Source: an uncultured Enterobacteriaceae bacterium
GTDB taxonomy: Bacteria > Pseudomonadota > Gammaproteobacteria > Burkholderiales > UBA3065
Length of the DNA stretch: 64,000 nt
Reading direction: 5' to 3'
Assembly (NCBI GenBank): GCA_964524005.1
Contig: CAZGBK010000003.1
Coordinates: 3,155-67,154, forward strand
Part shown: positions 24,889 to 36,010 of the stretch, piece by piece
How positions within the stretch are numbered: position 1 is the stretch's first letter
Layout of the letters: every line of letters begins with the position of its first letter
Notes under the pieces: generated by a model
Told to the model about the DNA's origin: nothing
The model's database searches: none
What the model saw: the letters and a program-made list of their open reading frames with translations, nothing else
Position numbers and translations under genes: made by a program

Positions 24889-25617
24889 ATGCACGTTGTC
24901 AAGGAACCCCTGGCCCACGACGCCCCCTCGTATCGCGAGCGGCGGCGGCTAATCCAGCATTATTTTGACCGCACTGCGGTGGAAGCTTGGGCGCGTTTGA
25001 CCTCGACCGCCCCGGTCGGCGGAATCCGGGCAACGGTGCGGGCCGGCCGCGAGGACATGCGCGAGTCGATACTGAGCCAGTTGCCGGCCGACCTGACCGG
25101 CCTGCGTATCCTCGATGCGGGTTGCGGTACGGGGGCCATGGCCGTCGAACTGGCGCGTCGCGGTGCACAGGTGGTCGCCGTCGACCTCTCACCCACGCTG
25201 GTGCAGCTCGCGCGTGACCGCCTGCCACACGATCTCGGGCGCGGCTCGATCGAGTTTCGTGCAGGCGACATGCTAAGCCCGCAGTTGGGCATCTTCGACC
25301 ACATCATCTCGATGGATGCATTGATCCACTATCAGCCGGCCGACGTTGTTCGGGTCTTGGAGGAACTAGGTCAACGCACCCGGCGCAGCATGATCTTCAC
25401 TTTTGCGCCACTCAACCTACTGCTGGCGACCATGATGAGCGTGGGCAAGCTGTTCCCGCGCGGCAACCGTTCGCCGGCCATCTACCCGGTGCGTGAACGC
25501 ACCTTGCGCCGTCTGATCGGCGTCGATCCGGCCTTGCGCCACTGGCACCTTGGGCGCAGCCGCAAGGTCGCGCGGGGCTTCTACATCTCGCAATCGCTGG
25601 AGTTGGTGCGCCGATGA
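24889..25617 (+). CDS. bchM: Mg-protoporphyrin IX O-methyltransferase
   Basis: SAM-binding ILDAGCGTGAMAVELARRGA. The N-terminal YRERRRLIQHYFDRTAVEAWARLTS is typical of BchM. Confidence 0.9.
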   Translation: MHVVKEPLAHDAPSYRERRRLIQHYFDRTAVEAWARLTSTAPVGGIRATVRAGREDMRESILSQLPADLTGLRILDAGCGTGAMAVELARRGAQVVAVDLSPTLVQLARDRLPHDLGRGSIEFRAGDMLSPQLGIFDHIISMDALIHYQPADVVRVLEELGQRTRRSMIFTFAPLNLLLATMMSVGKLFPRGNRSPAIYPVRERTLRRLIGVDPALRHWHLGRSRKVARGFYISQSLELVRR

Positions 25618-27041
25618 GCCGCCAGTCTGGTAGCCGCATGTGGCTTGGCATCAGCCCACGGCTGCTGCCGTTCGCTGACATCGCCAGCGCCGACCTTCCG
25701 CTGGGGCGCCTGCTGCGGCTGTCGCTGTTTCAAGTGTCGGTCGGCATGGCGATGGCACTGCTGGTCGGCACTCTGAACCGGGTCATGATCGTCGAGCTGG
25801 GGGTCGGGGCTTGGTTGGTCGCACTGATGGTCGCCATCCCGCTGCTGGTTGCACCGTTCCGGGCGCTGGTCGGTTTTCGCTCCGACATTCACCGATCGGT
25901 CCTGGGTTGGCGGCGGGTTCCGTACATCTGGGTCGGTACCCTGCTGCAGTTCGGCGGACTGGCGATCATGCCTTTTGCCCTGATCCTCTTGTCTGGCGAT
26001 AGCCACTGGCCAGCATGGTTTGGCCACCTCAGCGCGGCGCTGGCCTTTCTGCTGGTTGGTGCAGGTGTGCAGACGACCCAGACAGCAGGCCTCGCGCTGG
26101 CCACTGACCTTGCCGCCGAAAGCACGCGTCCGCGTGTGGTGGCGCTGATGTACACCATGCTGCTGGTTGGTATGGTTTGCAGCGGGCTCGTATTTGCGGG
26201 ATTGCTGGGGGACTTCACCCAGATCCGCTTGATCGAGGTCGTGCAAGGGGCTGCCGTGGTCAGCCTGCTGCTCAATCTGACAGCGCTGTGGAAGCAAGAG
26301 CCGCGCGACCCCACACGGACCCATCCGGACCGGCAGCGACCCGATTTTCGGTCGAGCTGGCAGCGTTTCGCCGGTGAGCCGAGCACCGCTCGCTTCCTGG
26401 TCGCCTTGGGGCTGGGTACGGCGGCGTTCAATATGCAGGACATCATCTTGGAGCCCTACGGCGCCGAGCTACTGGGTCTTTCAGTCGCAGCAACGTCGGC
26501 CCTCACGGCGCTGTTGGCGGCGGGGGCCTTGGTCGCTTTCGCCGTGGCTGCGCGGACCTTGGTGCGTGGTGGCAATCCCTACCGATTGGCCGCAAACGGC
26601 CTACTGGTCGGTCTGTTGGCTTTTAGCGCAGTGATCTTTGCCGAACCGTTCGGCTCGCCCATGCTGTTCCGCGTCGGTGTGGCTCTGATCGGCTTTGGCG
26701 GTGGCTTGTTCTCGGTCGGCACGCTCATCGTAGCCATGGGCTTGGAGCGTGGTGGCCTGACCGGCATGGCCTTGGGTGCGTGGGGCGCTGTACACGCGAC
26801 CTGCATGGGTATCGCGATCGGCTTGGGCGGGGTCCTGCGCGACTGGATGTCGGCGCTGGCCGCGACCGGTGCCTTGGGCGAGGCGCTCAATCATCCGGCG
26901 ACAGGCTATGGCGCCGTCTATCACCTGGAACTGCTGTTGTTATTTGCCGGCTTGGTCGCATTGGGGCCGCTGGTACGCAGCCGCAATTCTGTGAGCGAAG
27001 CAGGGCATGAGAAGTTTGGACTGGCCGAATTCCCCGGCTGA
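25614..27041 (+). CDS. lhaA: LH1 assembly MFS protein (PucC family)
   Basis: 475 aa, about 12 TM. LLRLSLFQVSVGMAMALLVGTLNRVMIVEL signature. Lies between bchM and puhA. ATGA overlap with bchM. Confidence 0.85.
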   Translation: MSRQSGSRMWLGISPRLLPFADIASADLPLGRLLRLSLFQVSVGMAMALLVGTLNRVMIVELGVGAWLVALMVAIPLLVAPFRALVGFRSDIHRSVLGWRRVPYIWVGTLLQFGGLAIMPFALILLSGDSHWPAWFGHLSAALAFLLVGAGVQTTQTAGLALATDLAAESTRPRVVALMYTMLLVGMVCSGLVFAGLLGDFTQIRLIEVVQGAAVVSLLLNLTALWKQEPRDPTRTHPDRQRPDFRSSWQRFAGEPSTARFLVALGLGTAAFNMQDIILEPYGAELLGLSVAATSALTALLAAGALVAFAVAARTLVRGGNPYRLAANGLLVGLLAFSAVIFAEPFGSPMLFRVGVALIGFGGGLFSVGTLIVAMGLERGGLTGMALGAWGAVHATCMGIAIGLGGVLRDWMSALAATGALGEALNHPATGYGAVYHLELLLLFAGLVALGPLVRSRNSVSEAGHEKFGLAEFPG

Positions 27042-27064
27042 TTACTCTTTCAAAGGAGACATAC

Positions 27065-27829
27065 ATGGGAACTGGAGCGATCACTGGCTACGTTGACGTG
27101 GCCCAATTGGCGCTGTACGGCTTCTGGCTGTTCTTTGCCGGCCTTGTCATCTACCTGATCTACGAGAGCAAACGCGAGGGTTTCCCGCTTGACTCGGGGC
27201 TGCCCAATGGCCGTCGCGATGGCGGCATCCTGCCGATGCCCAAGCCGAAGCATTTCCGGCTGCAGCACGGGGGTGACTACTACGCCCCACATGATCGTGA
27301 TGACTACGGCGCCGGTGCGGCAATGCGTCCGTTGGCTGGTTTTCCTGGTAGCGCCCACGAGCCGACCGGCGACGCGATGACAGCGGGGGTCGGCCCTGGC
27401 ACTTGGACCGATCGTGCCGACCGCCTCGACATGACCTATGAGGGTGAGGCCCGCATTGTGCCCCTGCGTGCGGCCAAAGGTTTTGCTGTCGAACACGGCG
27501 AGATCGATCCACGTGGGATGGATGTGGTTGGCGCTGATGGTGTGGTCGGTGGCAAGGTCGTCGACTTGTGGGTCGACCGCTCCGAGCACCTCTTCCGCTA
27601 CGTCGAGGTCGATGTTGGGAGCAAGCGGGCCATTCTGGTGCCGATGAATCTGGTGCGGGTGGGCAAGGATGCAGTACGGGTCAAGTCTGTGCTGGGTCAG
27701 CAGCTGGCGGGCACCCCGACCACCAAGAAGCCCGAGCAGATCACCCTGCTGGAAGAAGAGAAGATCTTCGGCTACTTCGGTGCAGGCACCCTGTACGCTG
27801 AACCTTCGCGTCAGGAACCGCTGGTGTGA
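27065..27829 (+). CDS. puhA: Photosynthetic reaction centre H subunit
   Basis: 254 aa. GYVDVAQLALYGFWLFFAGLVIYLIYESKREGFPL N-terminal TM helix followed by a PRC-barrel region. AAGGAG SD. Confidence 0.92.
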   Translation: MGTGAITGYVDVAQLALYGFWLFFAGLVIYLIYESKREGFPLDSGLPNGRRDGGILPMPKPKHFRLQHGGDYYAPHDRDDYGAGAAMRPLAGFPGSAHEPTGDAMTAGVGPGTWTDRADRLDMTYEGEARIVPLRAAKGFAVEHGEIDPRGMDVVGADGVVGGKVVDLWVDRSEHLFRYVEVDVGSKRAILVPMNLVRVGKDAVRVKSVLGQQLAGTPTTKKPEQITLLEEEKIFGYFGAGTLYAEPSRQEPLV

Positions 27830-28509
27830 GTGCGCAATCTCACCGCCATGGCCTTGGGCCCGAACACGAGTTCGAGCCCGAACCGGGGTTGCCGGAGCCG
27901 CTTCCAGCAGGCGAACGCCTGCTCTGGCAGGGTGCTCCGGACTGGCGACGGCTTGCCATCGAGGTCTTTCATATCCGCAAGGTGGCGGCGTACTTCTCGC
28001 TGCTGCTGGCGTGGAAATGGATCACCGACTGCTACGACGGCGCGACCGTCCTGCAGGGTTTGTGGGGCATGCTCCAGGTCGCACCTTTGCCCTTGGCTGG
28101 CCTGCTGCTGCTCGCCGGTCTGGCTCGTTGGTCGGCTAGCACCACGCTGTACACCATCACCGACCGGCGCGTGGTGATGCGCATCGGTATCGTGCTCAGC
28201 ATCACCTTCAACCTGCCCTTTGCGCGTATCTGCGGCGCCGATGTACGGCAGGGAGATGCCGATATCGGCGACCTCTGCTTGCACCTGGGCGAAAACGATC
28301 GCATCGCGTACGTCCATCTGTGGCCGCATGCACGTCCTTGGGAGCTGCGTCAGCCGCAGCCCTCGCTGCGCTGTATTGCAGACGTCTCGCGTGTAGCGCG
28401 CCTGCTGGTCGAGGCTTGGGGCGAGGCCGGTGGGCGGGCCGCCAGCCACGGCAAAGCGAGCGCTGCACGATCGAACGATGGCCGCCTGCAGACGGCCGGG
28501 GCCTCGTGA
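27826..28509 (+). CDS. puhB: Photosynthetic complex assembly protein PuhB
   Basis: 227 aa. ERLLWQGAPDWRRLAIEVFHIRKVAAYF plus two TM helices. GTGA overlap with the puhA stop. Conserved position. Confidence 0.75.
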   Translation: MSAQSHRHGLGPEHEFEPEPGLPEPLPAGERLLWQGAPDWRRLAIEVFHIRKVAAYFSLLLAWKWITDCYDGATVLQGLWGMLQVAPLPLAGLLLLAGLARWSASTTLYTITDRRVVMRIGIVLSITFNLPFARICGADVRQGDADIGDLCLHLGENDRIAYVHLWPHARPWELRQPQPSLRCIADVSRVARLLVEAWGEAGGRAASHGKASAARSNDGRLQTAGAS

Positions 28510-28979
28510 AGCCGGTCTTATTGCACATGAACACTCCACCCGCTCGTTCCCCGCATCTTCCCGGCTTCGCCTTGCTTGGCCTTGCCGTTTTGACGGTGGC
28601 TGCAGTGGCTTGGGTGAGCGGTGGGCGGGAGCCGGTGCCTTTGGTGACGCCCGACCGGCAGGTCTTGCAGGTACGAGAGTTGCAGTTTTTCGACGAGCCT
28701 GGCGGCGCGGTGGTGGTGGTCGACACTGCCAGCGGCCGGGTCATCCATCGTGTCGAGGGCGAGGCCGGATTCTTGCGAGGCGTATTGCGGGCGATGGGCC
28801 GGGAACGCAAGCGCAATGGTGCAGGCCCAGACGCTCCGTTCCGCATCGTCGCGTATGCCGGGGGGCGTCTGCTGCTGGTCGACACTGCAACGGGCGAGTC
28901 GATCGAGCTGAACTCCTTCGGCAGCACCAATGCCGAGACCTTTGCGCGTCTGCTCGACGCGTCCGGCGGCGCATCGTGA
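28506..28979 (+). CDS. puhC: Photosynthetic complex assembly protein PuhC
   Basis: GTG at 28506 forms a GTGA overlap with the puhB stop (alternative ATG at 28527). One N-terminal TM helix ([17 protein letters not shown]) followed by a soluble domain. Conserved position after puhB. Confidence 0.7.
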   Translation: MKPVLLHMNTPPARSPHLPGFALLGLAVLTVAAVAWVSGGREPVPLVTPDRQVLQVRELQFFDEPGGAVVVVDTASGRVIHRVEGEAGFLRGVLRAMGRERKRNGAGPDAPFRIVAYAGGRLLLVDTATGESIELNSFGSTNAETFARLLDASGGAS

Positions 28980-29350
28980 ACACCCAGCGTCTGCAGACAG
29001 GTCGGCCGCCAATGCGCAGCGAAGTGCCTTGCCGGATCGAGATCGCGCACACCGCCGAGGACTGCTACGCCCACGTCATCCTGCAAGGGGTCGAGGTCGG
29101 CCCTGGCGACGAGGTGTTGGTCCACAACCCGCCGACGCGCATCGCTTGGGGGCAGACCCTGGTCGCCGAGCGGCGCGCCACGGTGTCACGCGCGTCCTGG
29201 TGGGAGCGCCTGCGCACCGTCTTCGTCGCCCGGTTCGAGCTCGACTTGCTGTACGAGGTCAGCTTCTCCACCCGCCGTTTCTCGAACGCGCGCAACTATC
29301 CGCGGCCTCGGGTCGCCACGAACACCGCCACGCAAAGGACCCAGCCATGA
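28976..29350 (+). CDS. Small hypothetical protein between puhC and acsF
   Basis: GTG at 28976 forms a GTGA overlap with the puhC stop (alternative ATG at 29012). The stop overlaps the acsF ATG (ATGA). 124 aa with no recognisable motif. Supported mainly by tight coupling on both sides. Confidence 0.45.
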   Translation: MNTQRLQTGRPPMRSEVPCRIEIAHTAEDCYAHVILQGVEVGPGDEVLVHNPPTRIAWGQTLVAERRATVSRASWWERLRTVFVARFELDLLYEVSFSTRRFSNARNYPRPRVATNTATQRTQP

Positions 29351-30414
29351 ACGCCATCAACGAGGCGGTCGAGCTCAACGAATCGACCCAACGCGCGCAG
29401 AAGAACACCATGCTCGACCCGCGCTTCTACACCACTGACTTCGACGCCATGGACCGGCTCGACATCAACAGCATCCGGTCGCAGTGGGATGCGCTGATGG
29501 AGGAGTTCAAGGCCGACCCCAACAACGGTCACTTCGAACGGCCAGCCGAGATGATGGGCAAGGATTACTCGCACCTGCCCGACGAGCTCTACCAGGAGTT
29601 CGTCGACTTCATGATCAGCTCGGTGACTGCCGAATTCTCGGGCTGCGTGTTGTATGCCGAGATCCGCCGACGGGTGAAAAACCCTGACATGAAAGACCTG
29701 TTCGGGTACATGGCCCGCGACGAGTCGCGTCACGCCGGTTTCATCAACCAGTGGCTAAAGGATTTCGGCATCGGCGTCGACCTCGGCTTTCTGGTCAAGG
29801 CGAAGAAGTACACCTACTTCAAGCCGAAGTTCATCTTCTACGCCACCTACCTGTCGGAGAAGATCGGCTATGCGCGCTACATCACCATCTACCGGCAGAT
29901 CGAGCGGCACCCGGAGCTTTGCTTCCACCCCATCTTCAAATGGTTCCGCGAATGGTGCAACGACGAATTCCGCCACGGCGAGGCGTTTGCCTTACTCATG
30001 CGGGCTGACCCGAAGCTGACCAGCGGCATGAACCGCTTATGGATCCGCTTCTTCACCCTCGCCGTCTTTGCCACCATGTACGTCCGTGACCACGCCCGGC
30101 CGGTGTTCCACAAGTCGCTGGCGCTCGACCCGACCGCCTACGATATGGAGGTGTTTCGGGTCACTCGCGAGATCTCCGAGCAGGTCTTCCCGGTGACGTT
30201 GAACTTCGAAGATCCGCGCTTCCTCGCCGGGCTTGAGACCTTGCGTGTCACCGCCGAGGCGATGGACGCGGCGGCGCAGGCCGGCGGCCTGTGGAACGGT
30301 GTCCGCCGGCTTGGCCTAGGCCTGAAGGCGGCGGCAGTGTTCACCCGCATGTATTGCTTGCCGGCTCGCCACAAGGCGCTCCCGGACGATCCGCGTCTTG
30401 CACCGGTCTGGTGA
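29347..30414 (+). CDS. acsF: Aerobic Mg-protoporphyrin IX monomethyl ester oxidative cyclase
   Basis: 355 aa. [36 protein letters not shown] and [11 protein letters not shown] are the di-iron ExxH motifs of AcsF. Confidence 0.92.
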   Translation: MNAINEAVELNESTQRAQKNTMLDPRFYTTDFDAMDRLDINSIRSQWDALMEEFKADPNNGHFERPAEMMGKDYSHLPDELYQEFVDFMISSVTAEFSGCVLYAEIRRRVKNPDMKDLFGYMARDESRHAGFINQWLKDFGIGVDLGFLVKAKKYTYFKPKFIFYATYLSEKIGYARYITIYRQIERHPELCFHPIFKWFREWCNDEFRHGEAFALLMRADPKLTSGMNRLWIRFFTLAVFATMYVRDHARPVFHKSLALDPTAYDMEVFRVTREISEQVFPVTLNFEDPRFLAGLETLRVTAEAMDAAAQAGGLWNGVRRLGLGLKAAAVFTRMYCLPARHKALPDDPRLAPVW

Positions 30415-30415
30415 G

Positions 30416-31216
30416 ATGGCAGAACTCGCTTGGCCAGCGTTATTCACGGTCTTGGTCTGGTGGGCCAGTACCGGAGTCATTCTGTACCTGAACGGCCTGC
30501 CGCGCTGGACCTTCCGACACACCTTTGCGCTGGCATCGCTGCTGATGGTGGCGGCGTTTTGGGGGCTCACGCTCACGCGCGACCTACCAACTGTCGCTGG
30601 CGCCTATTGCGCGTTCAGTTGCGCGGTACTGATCTGGGCCTGGCAAGAAGTGGCATTCCTGCTGGGTTATGTGACCGGCCCCCGGCGCGTCGATTGCCCG
30701 GCCGGCTGTGTCGGTTGGCGTCGGGTGTCGTACGCGTTGCAGACGGTTTTGCACCACGAGATTGTGCTTTTGCTGTTGGGGATTCTGGCGTGGGCGATTG
30801 CCGGCGACGGTGCCAATCGCGTCGGCTGGTATACCTTCGGCATCCTTTGGGTGATGCGTCAGAGCGCCAAGCTCAATGTCTTTTTGGGTGTACGCAACCT
30901 GTCTGAGAGCTTTCTGCCGCCACACCTGCGCTACCTGCAAACCTACTTCACGCGTCGCCCCATGAATGCCTTGTTCCCATTTTCGGTGACCTTGCCGACC
31001 ATCCTTGTCATCGCTGTTTGGCAGGGTGCGTTTGCGCCGCTGGCCTCAAGCTATGAGATCGCCGCTTTCACCCTACTCGCTACGTTGCTCAGCCTGGCGA
31101 TCCTTGAACACTGGTTCATGGTCTTGCCGATCCCCTTCGAGCGACTCTGGCAGTGGGGCATGCGTTCGCGCCGTATGGCGGCGGCGAGCACCACCCGACC
31201 CGCGGAGGCACCATGA
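30416..31216 (+). CDS. puhE: Photosynthetic complex assembly protein PuhE
   Basis: 266 aa polytopic membrane protein. [24 protein letters not shown]. Follows acsF as in other clusters. Confidence 0.75.
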   Translation: MAELAWPALFTVLVWWASTGVILYLNGLPRWTFRHTFALASLLMVAAFWGLTLTRDLPTVAGAYCAFSCAVLIWAWQEVAFLLGYVTGPRRVDCPAGCVGWRRVSYALQTVLHHEIVLLLLGILAWAIAGDGANRVGWYTFGILWVMRQSAKLNVFLGVRNLSESFLPPHLRYLQTYFTRRPMNALFPFSVTLPTILVIAVWQGAFAPLASSYEIAAFTLLATLLSLAILEHWFMVLPIPFERLWQWGMRSRRMAAASTTRPAEAP

Positions 31217-33171
31217 ACAGCATCGATCGCAGCGTCACCGTCGAGGCGCTGAATGGCGCACAATCCGGCCCCATGCAGAACGTTGAATCGATCCTCGAGA
31301 CAATCAACAGCCCGGCACGTGTCCGCGAGTTATCCCGCCCACAGTTGCGACAGTTGGCCGACGAGTTGCGGGACTTCCTGCTGCGCTCTGTAGCGAGCAC
31401 TGGCGGCCATTTGTCCTCAAACCTTGGCACCGTCGAACTGACTGTCGCCGTGCACCATGTGTTTAACCTGCCCTATGACAGGTTGATCTGGGATGTTGGG
31501 CACCAGAGCTATCCGCACAAGATCCTCACCGGCCGCCGCGAACGCATGGGCACCCTGCGACAGCTCAATGGTTTGTCGGGCTTCCCGCGCCGTTGCGAGA
31601 GCGAATACGATCATTTCGGCACTGCACATTCCTCGACCAGCATCTCGGCAGCGCTGGGTATGGCGGTCGCTTCGCGTCAGAAGGGTGAGCACGAGGGCCC
31701 CGATCGACGGCGTCATGTTGCGGTGATCGGCGATGGCGCGATGAGTGCCGGCCTAGCCTTCGAGGCACTGAACAATGCCGGTATCGAGCGCGATATCGAT
31801 CTGCTGGTGATCCTCAACGACAACGAGATGTCGATCAGTCCGCCGGTCGGGGCGTTGTCGAAGTACCTCACCCGCTTGCTGTCCGGCAAGCTCTACACCT
31901 CGACCAAGGAACTGGGAAAACAGCTGCTTAGTAATCTGCCGAGCATGCGTGAACTGGCGCATCGTATCGAAGAGACGGCCAAGGGCTTCGTCACGCCCGG
32001 CACGTTGTTCGAAGAGTTCGGTTTTAACTATGTCGGCCCGATCGATGGCCATGACCTCGACGCTCTGGTACCCACACTGCAGAATCTGCGTCGTCTGAAG
32101 GGGCCGCAGTTCCTGCATGTGGTGACTCGCAAAGGTGCAGGCTACGAGCGCGCCGAGGCTGACCCGATCCTCTATCACGGGCCGGGCAAGTTCGATCCCG
32201 ATGCCGGCATCAAGCCATCCACTGCCCCAGCCAAGCCGACCTACTCGGCGGTGTTTGGCGCTTGGCTGTGCGATGCCGCGACCGCTGATGACCGTGTCGT
32301 TGGTATCACCCCGGCGATGCGTGAAGGTTCGGGTATGGTCGAGTTCGCGCAGCGCTTTCCAAACCGCTACTACGACGTCGGCATCGCCGAGCAGCATGCG
32401 GTGACCTTCGCCGCCGGCGTCGCTTGCGAGGGTCTGCGCCCGGTGGTGGCGATCTACAGCACCTTCCTGCAACGCGGCTATGACCAGTTGATCCACGATG
32501 TGGCATTGCAGAAGCTGCCGGTGGTGTTCGCCATCGACCGTGCTGGTCTGGTGGGTGCCGACGGCGCGACCCATGCTGGAATCTATGACTACAGCTACCT
32601 CCGCTGCATCCCGCACATGTTGGTCATGGCGCCCAAGGACGAGCTGGAATGTCGGCGCATGCTCAGTACCGGTCTGGCCTACGACGGCCCTAGCGCCGTG
32701 CGTTATCCGCGCGGGGCTGGAACCGGCGTCGATGCAACCAGCACCCTCGAACCCTTACCGATCGGCCAGGCTGAATTGCTGCGGGAGAGCGGCGCGCCGG
32801 TTGGACAGCGGGTGGCGATCTTGGCCTTTGGCTCGATGGTTGCCCCGGCGATGAAGGCCGCTGAGGTGATCGACGCTACAGTGGTCAACATGCGCTTCGT
32901 CAAGCCGATCGACCTGGCCATGATCGAACGCATCGCCAACAGCCACGACCGCATCGTCACCGTCGAGGAGCATGTGATCGCTGGTGGGGCCGGCTCGGCG
33001 TGCGCCGAGGCGCTGGTTGAGCTAGGTGAGCGTATTCCGATGGTGCCGATCCACCATCTGGGATTGCCCGACCGCTTCATCGACCACGGCGACCATGCAA
33101 CCCTGCTGGCCCTGGAGGGACTGGACGCGGCTGGTATCGAGGCCTCGGTGCGCAGGTTGCAGCACAGCTGA
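31213..33171 (+). CDS. dxs: 1-deoxy-D-xylulose-5-phosphate synthase
   Basis: [37 protein letters not shown] and [15 protein letters not shown] are the TPP motifs. ATGA overlap with puhE (alternative ATG at 31273). Confidence 0.92.
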   Translation: MNSIDRSVTVEALNGAQSGPMQNVESILETINSPARVRELSRPQLRQLADELRDFLLRSVASTGGHLSSNLGTVELTVAVHHVFNLPYDRLIWDVGHQSYPHKILTGRRERMGTLRQLNGLSGFPRRCESEYDHFGTAHSSTSISAALGMAVASRQKGEHEGPDRRRHVAVIGDGAMSAGLAFEALNNAGIERDIDLLVILNDNEMSISPPVGALSKYLTRLLSGKLYTSTKELGKQLLSNLPSMRELAHRIEETAKGFVTPGTLFEEFGFNYVGPIDGHDLDALVPTLQNLRRLKGPQFLHVVTRKGAGYERAEADPILYHGPGKFDPDAGIKPSTAPAKPTYSAVFGAWLCDAATADDRVVGITPAMREGSGMVEFAQRFPNRYYDVGIAEQHAVTFAAGVACEGLRPVVAIYSTFLQRGYDQLIHDVALQKLPVVFAIDRAGLVGADGATHAGIYDYSYLRCIPHMLVMAPKDELECRRMLSTGLAYDGPSAVRYPRGAGTGVDATSTLEPLPIGQAELLRESGAPVGQRVAILAFGSMVAPAMKAAEVIDATVVNMRFVKPIDLAMIERIANSHDRIVTVEEHVIAGGAGSACAEALVELGERIPMVPIHHLGLPDRFIDHGDHATLLALEGLDAAGIEASVRRLQHS

Positions 33172-33413
33172 GTCGCCAGGTGGCCCAGACTGAAAAGCGA
33201 CGGCTGCTCGGCGTACCGAAAGCAGTCGGTCGGCAGGTGGCCAGAGAGTCTCGCCTGGGCTGAAGTGCGAGTCGCACTACAGCACGATGGGCTGTGGTGC
33301 CGATGCAACAACAACAATACGGGCATCGTTGTGGGTCGTCGGGGCAGTGGACAGAGGCGCCCGCCGAACCTTACATTTCGCGGAAATGGCCACTGTGGCA
33401 TAGTGGCTTCCAT

Positions 33414-33513
33414 GGCGGGCCTCCCCGCATTGCGCGATGGTGAACCGGGTCAGGGTCGGAAGGCAGCAGCCCCAGCCGTTCGTTGCAAGTGCCGGGGGCA
33501 AGGCTCGCCACCC
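33414..33513 (+). ncRNA. ffs: Signal recognition particle RNA (small, 4.5S type)
   Basis: GGUGAACCGGGUCAGGGUCGGAAGGCAGCAGCC matches the conserved SRP domain IV. The 5' GGCGGGCCU pairs with the 3' AGGCUCGCC. About 100 nt, in the neighbourhood upstream of dnaX. Confidence 0.8.
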
Positions 33514-33604
33514 GTTCAAACGGGCCGGTGCCGCACGGCGCCAGCTCGGCCAGCACGTTCAGCAGGCCAAAATGACAAGAACAGCAAGAACAGAAGGACA
33601 GAGA

Positions 33605-34138
33605 ATGAAACAACGACTCCGGGCAGCACTGGTTGCAAGCGTGTTCACCGCCTCGGCTCCGGTGGCAGCGGTCGATGGCTTTTCCGTGATAGGTGGAACC
33701 GGCGAGCATGCCGACATGGGTGCCGTTGGCTTGGTTTGGAACTGGGACAAGCGTTGGTTTACCGAAGGCAATTGGTTCCTTGGCGGCTACTGGGAAGCGG
33801 ATGCCTCTTATTGGCGCGGTGACGGTCCTGGTGGTCGTAGCATCTATGGTTTGGGGATCACCCCGGTATTCCGCTACGAGCGACTGCCAGTGAATGGATT
33901 CGCACCGTACATCGAAGCCGCTGTCGGCGTGCATGTGTTTTCCAGCGTGCGCCTGTCCGACGACAAGAAGATGGGCACTGCGTTCGAGTTTGGCGATCAC
34001 GTAGGTCTGGGTTTCCGCTTTGGTGAGGGGCTCAAGTACGATCTCGGCTATCGCTACCAGCACTACTCCAATGCGGGCATCAGCGACAACAATGGCGGCG
34101 TTAACTTCCATCAAGTGCGCTTGAAGCTGGCGTTCTAG
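33605..34138 (+). CDS. pagL: Outer-membrane acyloxyacyl hydrolase (lipid A 3-O-deacylase PagL-like)
   Basis: Signal peptide MKQRLRAALVASVFTASAPVAA. Beta-barrel alternation and an HYSNAG (His-x-Ser-Asn) catalytic-type motif near the C-terminus. Ends in ...LKLAF. Confidence 0.7.
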   Translation: MKQRLRAALVASVFTASAPVAAVDGFSVIGGTGEHADMGAVGLVWNWDKRWFTEGNWFLGGYWEADASYWRGDGPGGRSIYGLGITPVFRYERLPVNGFAPYIEAAVGVHVFSSVRLSDDKKMGTAFEFGDHVGLGFRFGEGLKYDLGYRYQHYSNAGISDNNGGVNFHQVRLKLAF

Positions 34139-34173
34139 GTCGTTTCGGGCGGTTTGTCGCCCGACTGGTTCAC

Positions 34174-34195
34174 AAGGGGCGCTACGGCGCCCCTT
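34174..34195 (+). terminator. GC-rich hairpin downstream of the pagL-like gene (terminator-like, no U-tract)
   Basis: 9-bp stem aaggggcgc / gcgcccctt with a 4-nt loop, 36 nt after the stop codon. Confidence 0.35.
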
Positions 34196-34288
34196 GGCGC
34201 GTCTAAGGCTGCCGGGTTTAGGGTGCGTGGGAAGCGTCATGGCGCGCTTTGAGCATGATCGACCTGCGTGCCGGTGCATAATGCCGAC

Positions 34289-35995
34289 ATGCAAGCGCAC
34301 CGCGTCCTCGCCCGCAAATGGCGCCCCGGCTCCTTCGCCGACGTGGTCGGCCAGGGCCATGTGCTGCAAGCCTTGCGGCACGCATTGCAGAGCGGCCGTC
34401 TGCATCACGCCTATCTGTTCACTGGCACGCGCGGTGTCGGAAAGACGACCTTGGCGCGGGTGTTGGCCCGTGCGCTCAACTGCGAGACCGGGGTCACTCC
34501 GGACCCATGCGGTCGTTGCTCCGCTTGCCAGGCGATCGAGGCCGGCAGTTTCGTCGATCTCATCGAACTCGATGCTGCGTCCAACACGCAAGTCGATCGC
34601 ATGCGCGACCTGCTCGAGAATGCCCTTTACGCGCCCACCGTGGGGCGTTTCAAGGTGTATGTGATCGATGAGGTGCACCAGTTGTCGGGTTCAGCCTTCA
34701 ACGCCATGTTGAAGACACTGGAAGAGCCCCCGGAGCACGTCAAGTTTGTGCTGGCCACCACCGACCCACAGAAGATCCCGGTAACGGTCCTATCGCGCTG
34801 CATGCAATTTGGCCTGAAGCCGATCGCCGAAACGGTCATCGTCGAGCGGCTGAGCCACATCTTGGCGCAGGAGCGTGTGGCGGCGGAGCCGGAGGCCTTG
34901 GCTTTGCTGGCCCGCGCCGCCCGCGGCAGCCTGCGCGACGCGCTGTCGCTACTCGACCAGGCGATCGCTTTTGGTGGAGGGCAGGTGCAGACGGCAGCGG
35001 TGGCTGACATGTTGGGCGTGGCTGACGGCGAGGCCATCACTGCGCTGCTCGATGCCCTGAGTCGCGGCGACGCACAAGCTGCGCTGGCTGCCGCAGATGC
35101 GGTGGTCGATCGCGGAGTCTCGCTGGATGCCGCTTTGCAGGAGCTGGCGCGTCAGACCAAGCAGGTGGCACTGCTGCGTACCCTGCCCGATGCGGATGCG
35201 CCGGTGGCGTTGCAACAGATTGCCGGGCGTTTTTCGGCGACCGATCTGCAGGTCTTGTACCAGGTCGCGACGCACGCCCGTGCCGAGCTCGATTGGGCGC
35301 CAGATGCCGAGTCGGGTTTCGTGATGGCGGTGTTGCGCATGTTGGCGCTGGCCGCGCCCCAAGACACCGTGAATGCCCCGGCCGTTGCCGGCCTTGCGCC
35401 CGCGGATGCGCACACCGTCAGCATCGTGAGGGGGCTTGGCGCCAACGCCGATCCGATCACCGTCAGGCCCGCTGCACCGATCGCGGCAATCGCCGGTGAT
35501 GCAGTTCCTTCCTCAGCAACTACAGCCATCCCCGCACTCGCGACCGCCACCTCCGACATGTCCGGCACGTCTGCGAACACCACCGGCGTTGCCTTCGACG
35601 GTGACTGGCCGGCCTTGGTCACGCGGCTGCGCCTGGTTGGACGGTCGAAGATGCTGGGTGACCGCTGCGTGCTGCAGGCGGTCGATGGTCGTGTCTTGCG
35701 GCTGGCCCTGCCCGGTCAGTATGCATCCATGCGCGAGGCCGGCGTCGAGCGTCAGCTCGAGCAAGCGGTCCAGACCCTGCTAGGCAACGATTGGTCGTTG
35801 CGGGTCGAGGTGCAAGACGTCGCCGCCGATGCAACCCCGATCGCCCGACGCGAGTCCGACCGTGCCACACGCCAAGCCGATGCTGAACAAGCGATCCGCG
35901 ACGATCCATTCGTTCGCGGCCTGATCGATCAGATGGGCGGGCGCATCGACGAGACCAGCGTGCGCCCGCTGCAGACCGATGCACGGGATGTTTAG
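34289..35995 (+). CDS. dnaX: DNA polymerase III subunits tau/gamma
   Basis: MQAHRVLARKWRPGSFADVVGQGHVLQALRHALQSGRLHHAYLFTGTRGVGKTT, a Zn-module CGRCSACQAIE, and VYVIDEVHQLS. Confidence 0.92.
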   Translation: MQAHRVLARKWRPGSFADVVGQGHVLQALRHALQSGRLHHAYLFTGTRGVGKTTLARVLARALNCETGVTPDPCGRCSACQAIEAGSFVDLIELDAASNTQVDRMRDLLENALYAPTVGRFKVYVIDEVHQLSGSAFNAMLKTLEEPPEHVKFVLATTDPQKIPVTVLSRCMQFGLKPIAETVIVERLSHILAQERVAAEPEALALLARAARGSLRDALSLLDQAIAFGGGQVQTAAVADMLGVADGEAITALLDALSRGDAQAALAAADAVVDRGVSLDAALQELARQTKQVALLRTLPDADAPVALQQIAGRFSATDLQVLYQVATHARAELDWAPDAESGFVMAVLRMLALAAPQDTVNAPAVAGLAPADAHTVSIVRGLGANADPITVRPAAPIAAIAGDAVPSSATTAIPALATATSDMSGTSANTTGVAFDGDWPALVTRLRLVGRSKMLGDRCVLQAVDGRVLRLALPGQYASMREAGVERQLEQAVQTLLGNDWSLRVEVQDVAADATPIARRESDRATRQADAEQAIRDDPFVRGLIDQMGGRIDETSVRPLQTDARDV

Positions 35996-36010
35996 ACGGA
36001 GGATGAAGAC

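Noticed and set aside
33371-34678. A 435-aa minus-strand ORF.
   Set aside because: It spans the SRP RNA, the pagL-like gene and the dnaX start on the opposite strand. The composition is shadow-like and there are no motifs.
34289-35995. A search for a dnaX programmed frameshift or slippery site (A AAA AAG or a long A-run).
   Set aside because: No such heptamer or A-run was seen on reading the gene, so no gamma-subunit frameshift signal is claimed.
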